A stretch of 63,442 bases of DNA, counting the filler, from Vannella sp. (taxonomy: Eukaryota), in assembly GCA_023345925.1 (NCBI GenBank). It is 6 parts of 6 records of this genome, joined end to end, with 100 filler letters (N's around TTAATTAATTAA, not from the genome) between each part and the next. Parts side by side here need not be neighbours in the genome. Positions count along the whole stretch, not along the records: positions 52,662 to 60,898 come from JAJQQN010000098.1; positions 60,999 to 63,442 come from JAJQQN010000741.1; 4 more parts are not named here. One strand, written 5' to 3'. Position 1 is the first letter of the stretch. Each line of letters starts with the position of its first letter. Positions 58,997 to 63,442 of this stretch are shown here, one piece after another. Position numbers and translations under genes: made by a program. The notes under the pieces were generated by a model. That model was not told the origin of the DNA. It saw nothing but the letters and a program-made list of their open reading frames with translations, and made no database searches.

Positions 58997-60431
58997 ATGG
59001 AGCAGCCCTGCAAGGCGATTATCTTGATCGGAGGCCCTTCGAAGGGAACTCGCTTCCGTCCATTGAGCTTGTGTGTGCCTAAGCCTTTGTTCCCATTGGC
59101 GAATAGGCCAATGGTGTACCACCACATCAAAGCGTGTGTGGAACAGCTGCCTCAGTTGAAGGAGGTGCTTCTCCTGGGCTTCTTTGAGCCCAGTCTCTTT
59201 GATAGCTTCATTGATGAGACCTCGAAGGAGCTCAATGTCCCTATTCGCTTCATTAAGGAGGATGTCCGGTTGGGCACTGCCGGAGGCCTTTACGTCTTCC
59301 GAGAGCAGATTCGAGAGGGTTTGGGACAAGATTCTACTCTCTTCATCTTCAACTGCGACATTGTGGCTCGGTTCCCACTGCGGGAGCTCGAAGCGTTCCA
59401 TCGCGCGCATGGCAACCTTTGCACGATTCTCAGCAAGCGCGTCCAGTCGAAAGAGGCCAAGAACTATGGATGCCTTGTTGCAGATGAGAAGTCTCACCAA
59501 GTACTTCACTATGCAGAGAAGCCTGAGACTTTTGTAAGAAGATCCAGCCAGAAGCGCGGGAAAGTGATCTCTGACTCCTCTGGCAGGTCAGTGACCTGGT
59601 CAATTGTGGAGTTTATCTATTCCGCATGGAAGTGTTTGAGAGAATCGCCGCTGTGGCTGCTTCTCGTCCCAAAGAGCGCGATCTTCTCATGGATTTGTAC
59701 GAGACTGAGTGAGTGATGTTGGTTAATTGGTAGGATTGCACTGAATGTGACTAGGCCAGCCCACCAAAACCTTAAGATCAGATTGGAACAGGACGTCTTC
59801 CGCCAGCTAGCTGGCAACAAGTCATTGTATTCATTTGAGTACTCTGATTACTGGTCTCCAGTGAAGCAGCCCCTGTAGGTCTGAGAAGTTCCTTACTTGC
59901 CATGTCTCATTCATGATCATTAGGGACTCTCTGCGAGTGAATCAGATGCTCCTGGAGGCCCTGAAGCCTGAGATTCGAGAGGAGCACAAGAAAATCACCG
60001 AAGGCTGCGTCCTGATAGCAGATGGTGCAGAGATAAGCCCTACAGCTCGTGTATGCAGGTTTAGATAACTGCATCAAACTTATTGGTAGTACAGATTGGC
60101 CCCGCAGTCACTATTGCCAAGAATGTGAAAATTGGCGCTGGCGTTCGCATCAGAAACTCCATCATTTTGGAGGGTGTTGTCATCAAGGATAGAGCCTGCA
60201 TCATCAACTCTATCATAGGTTGGAACTCCATCATTGGCCAATGGTGTCGCATCGAAGGAAGTGATGGGAAAGTCACTATTTTTGGTACGGCAATCTATGC
60301 TTGACTTTGATACTGACCCCACATTAACAGGAGAGGGTGTGACCACCAGACCTGAAATCATCGTCCGTAATTGCGTGGTTTTGCCACACAAAGAACTCTC
60401 CCGCAACCAAGCTGAGGAGATCATCCTTTAA
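58997..60431 (+). CDS. GMPPA: Mannose-1-phosphate guanylyltransferase alpha-type subunit, multi-exon
   Basis: IGGPSKGTRFRPLS..PKPLFP, LGTAGGLY.FR, YAEKPETF, RLEQD, left-handed beta-helix, NCVVLPHKEL...EIIL stop. Confidence 0.92.
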
Positions 60432-60721
60432 TTTATCCGTTTCCTTCCACGAGGATCCCACACTTAAAGCCGCAATCCCCATTCTTTCCAAGTCAGGTAT
60501 GGGTGCCATAGATGAGGTCTGCACAGAGTTTGAGGGAGAATGAGATCACTCCAATGAACACTGGGAGCTTCATCATCTCACATTCAACTTCAACGTGTCT
60601 CCCTGTACAGAAGGTGAGTCTGGTTATCTTCAACGGAGGCTTTCGGACGGTTTGGTGCGGCTGTGAATTCACCCAAAGGAAGGTGGATAAGACACATTCA
60701 CATTTAATAAGGAGCTATACA

Positions 60722-60898
60722 GCAACTGGGTCGGGTCTTGCCGAGGACAGGAAATTGCGGGTCTTTGACTTTGCCGAGAGAAGGGGCAGAAGGTGAGTCT
60801 GGTCCTCTTCAATGGCCCACTGTTTGGGCGATTTGTTTTCAGAGTCTAACTTTCCAATGTTTGCACCTTTGGAGATCAGCAAGGCGACGATTTCCTTG
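60722..60898 (-). CDS. Ankyrin-repeat gene fragment, 5' truncated by linker
   Basis: Minus strand reads KEIVALLISKGANIGKLDSENKSPKQWA. Confidence 0.5.
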
Positions 60899-60998
60899 NN
60901 NNNNNNNNNNNNNNNNNNNNNNNNNNNNNNNNNNNNNNNNNNTTAATTAATTAANNNNNNNNNNNNNNNNNNNNNNNNNNNNNNNNNNNNNNNNNNNN
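60899..60998. other. Artificial contig linker
   Basis: N44-TTAATTAATTAA-N44. Confidence 0.98.
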
Positions 60999-61307
60999 CC
61001 CCCTAAACTCGAGGCACGACAAAAGGAAGCAACCATCAGGCTGCTCCAGGCGAAGCCCTCCGCCAGCAAGGCAGATATTGAGCGATTCAAGAGCTCGCTA
61101 AACAAAGGATCCTTCACCAGTGTCTTGGCTGCGAGAACTTCGCCTGAATAGAAAGGACCAATTCAACTAACCAAACCAGCACCACCTAAAGCGATGATCT
61201 TCCGGCCCAGTCACCTTCGCAGGTAGGTCCTATCATTGACAAGCGTTCAGGATAGTGACAACTGTTGGTTCTTTTGCGCATGGGGAGAGATGGACGAATC
61301 TTCATTC

Positions 61308-63316
61308 CTACTGGAATTGAATTTGATAGTCCCCTTGGGCGGCAGTGAGTTGGACCACGCTTGAATACTCCAAAGCGGAGTTGTCCTGGATGCTGTTGAC
61401 CTCTTTGATCTGCGAACGGATGAGAAGAGAAACAGTAAAAAGGATGCAAACCCACCAAGATGCCAGAATACGGCGTTGTCGAAGAGAAAGAGACTCCGAC
61501 GGGGAAGAATGCTTCCGTTCCGCGAGTGAACGGAAGGGTAAACTCCAAACTTCCTGTGGAGTTTTCTGAATCCACCAACGGCAGCTTCCACACTAACTGG
61601 CCACTAATGGAATCAAAGTCGTACGAACCCTCGGCCTGTTCGACAACAGGAGTGTATCCTTGCCTATCCTCCGTATTAGACAATACTCCTGCTCTCAATA
61701 GGAAGGAACGTACGGAATTGGCACGCGAATCTCGACGTTCTGGAGCTCCAGATGGGGTTGCATCAGCTCGTACTCGAGATTTACTGTGACCAACCCATCG
61801 CTGGGAGTGGGCCAACACGTAACTAACAAACGGGCATGCTTGGTGAGAAGGGCCTTCTGGTTGGCCATGAAAAGGGAAGGGACGCACCATTCAAAGGGAC
61901 ATCCGCTTCATCCGAAGAAGTGAATCGCCACTTCAATACTCCCAATGGAGTGCGCAGAGGGAAGGCTTTGGAGGTGTCCTTAAGGGCAATGGAGGAGTCC
62001 TTGTTAAAGCGGGCCTTGTTGATGTTCGGGTGGGTCTGAAAGAGAGTCAGTCCTGGAGAGAGGCAAAGTCACTGGTCCCCATTGCAGAGGCCTTACTCGG
62101 AACACGACATCCTTTGTCGCCTTTTGGAGGTTCACGTAGATGTGAGAGAACTCGGGCTTGAGAATCTCCACTCGGAACTCTCCCTTAAGCTCCATGCTCT
62201 CCATCCCTCCGTCCTGGTTGAGTTGCACATTGATAGTCTCCTCAATCTCCATGTGAATGCTTTCCCCGTGCCACTTAGTCCTTCTGAGCGCGCTCAAAGA
62301 GAGCTTCCTCACCCTTTCTTGTCAACAGCAACCGAAGCAGACGCCCTTGGGTCAGAGGTTGATGCGTAGGCATCTTCACCAATCTCTCCAAGGTCTGCCA
62401 GAGCCTTGAGGTACTGATCAGACTGAGTAGACTTGGCCTTGAGTTGCATCCCCTTCGCTGCAGGATTGCGGGAAGGCGCAGCCTTCCTGCTCTCGTGTGA
62501 GTGAATGAACGTCAGAATAGTGTGATAGAGTAACGTACGTCTCTGTCTTAATGGCAACAGGCTCTCTGGAGGACATGCTGCCCATTCCGGAACCTCCCAT
62601 TCCACTCATACCGCCGCCAACACCGCTGTAGCCTCCATGACCAGCCTTCTTCTGCGCAGCGATCTCGGTTCTCTTGATCTCTGCAGTCTCCTGGGCTCCG
62701 CGTTGCTTTCCCTGGCATGGAGAATGAACAAGAAGCCTCAAAGCCGTCCGTTCGGGCACGTACCCGCTCCACAATGTCGTGTATCTTCTCCTCGTGGCTA
62801 TCCATCTCCGTGAGAGTCTTAACACGAGACACAGTCACCTTCTCCTTCTGCCCCGCAGAGATAACCTCGTCCATAGCAAAGATCAACTCAAAGGCGTTAC
62901 GGGTGATGTAGCTCTCCTCAAGCGACTGGCAATAGATAGGAACCAGCTTTGCCATGAGATGGAGCGTGTCCAAGTCCTCAATGATGTTGCTGCTTCGGTT
63001 GGTGATGACCACCATGAAGACGTTCTCCAAAGGTTGGTAAAGGTAGCGAACGTTCTCTGTCTCGATAAAGGTGCTCTCCGAGTCAGCAGTAACCAGCTTA
63101 CTAAAGGCCGCCAACAAGCCCTCAATGCGAGAGCGAGAGATCTCAACGAACTGGCGAGAAACCAGAGCTACTCCCCTCCAGTCAGCTCTGCCCCCCATCA
63201 GCCTCAGGAGAGGGAGGACGCACCTCCACCAGACTTGGAGCACACAGCCGCAGCGATAACCACCTGCTCCTACGTCAGCACAGGCCCTCTCTCCTGCCCC
63301 TCCGCTCACGCACCAT
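61308..63316 (-). CDS. ARCN1: Coatomer subunit delta, multi-exon
   Basis: LVSRQFVEISRSRIEGLLAAF, ETENVRYLYQP, SNIIEDL, TEMDSHEEKI, mu-homology domain (WKLPLVD...GSLEF...FFPV). Confidence 0.95.
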
Positions 63317-63442
63317 CGCCCAAGAGCCCCAAACAATGGCCACGTGGCGATGCCCCAGCAGGGGCTGGAGGGCCTTTCTAGTGAAGCAGCGATGAGAGTT
63401 AATGTAAGCTGTTCTATTTACATCCAAGAGGGCCCCTCAAGC

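Noticed and set aside
60999..61150. Short + strand open frame ending SPE-stop
   Set aside because: Probably the 3' end of a truncated gene but too short to identify

Overview
Gene-dense eukaryotic (protist) genomic DNA, not prokaryotic. The window is six contig pieces joined by artificial 100-nt linkers (N44-TTAATTAATTAA-N44) at 18683, 39958, 44723, 52562 and 60899, so adjacency across linkers is meaningless. Genes have short (~45-65 nt) GT-AG introns with CTRAC-like branch points and very short intergenic spacers, often with CCAAT boxes. The content (MyTH4-FERM tail, TKL receptor kinase fold) is compatible with an amoebozoan or related amorphean, which is inference. Core genes: APC2, 5-oxoprolinase, CstF-77/Rna14, giant HECTD4-like E3, SETD3/LSMT-like and MYND-SET methyltransferases, PPIP5K/Vip1, SNW1/SKIP, UBE2O-like E2, Nup43, TMBIM/Lifeguard, GMPPA, delta-COP. 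Most notable: a motor-less myosin-VII-type tail gene (MyTH4-FERM-SH3-MyTH4-FERM), a receptor pseudokinase with a Rax2-like propeller ectodomain, a bacterial-type NADP-isocitrate dehydrogenase with a mitochondrial-like presequence, a secreted bacterial-type GHL10 hydrolase, an MPG-fold protein with HTH, a tail-anchored RVxF protein, and a palindromic dispersed repeat next to intronless orphan genes. All assignments come from motif recognition by eye; no searches were run.
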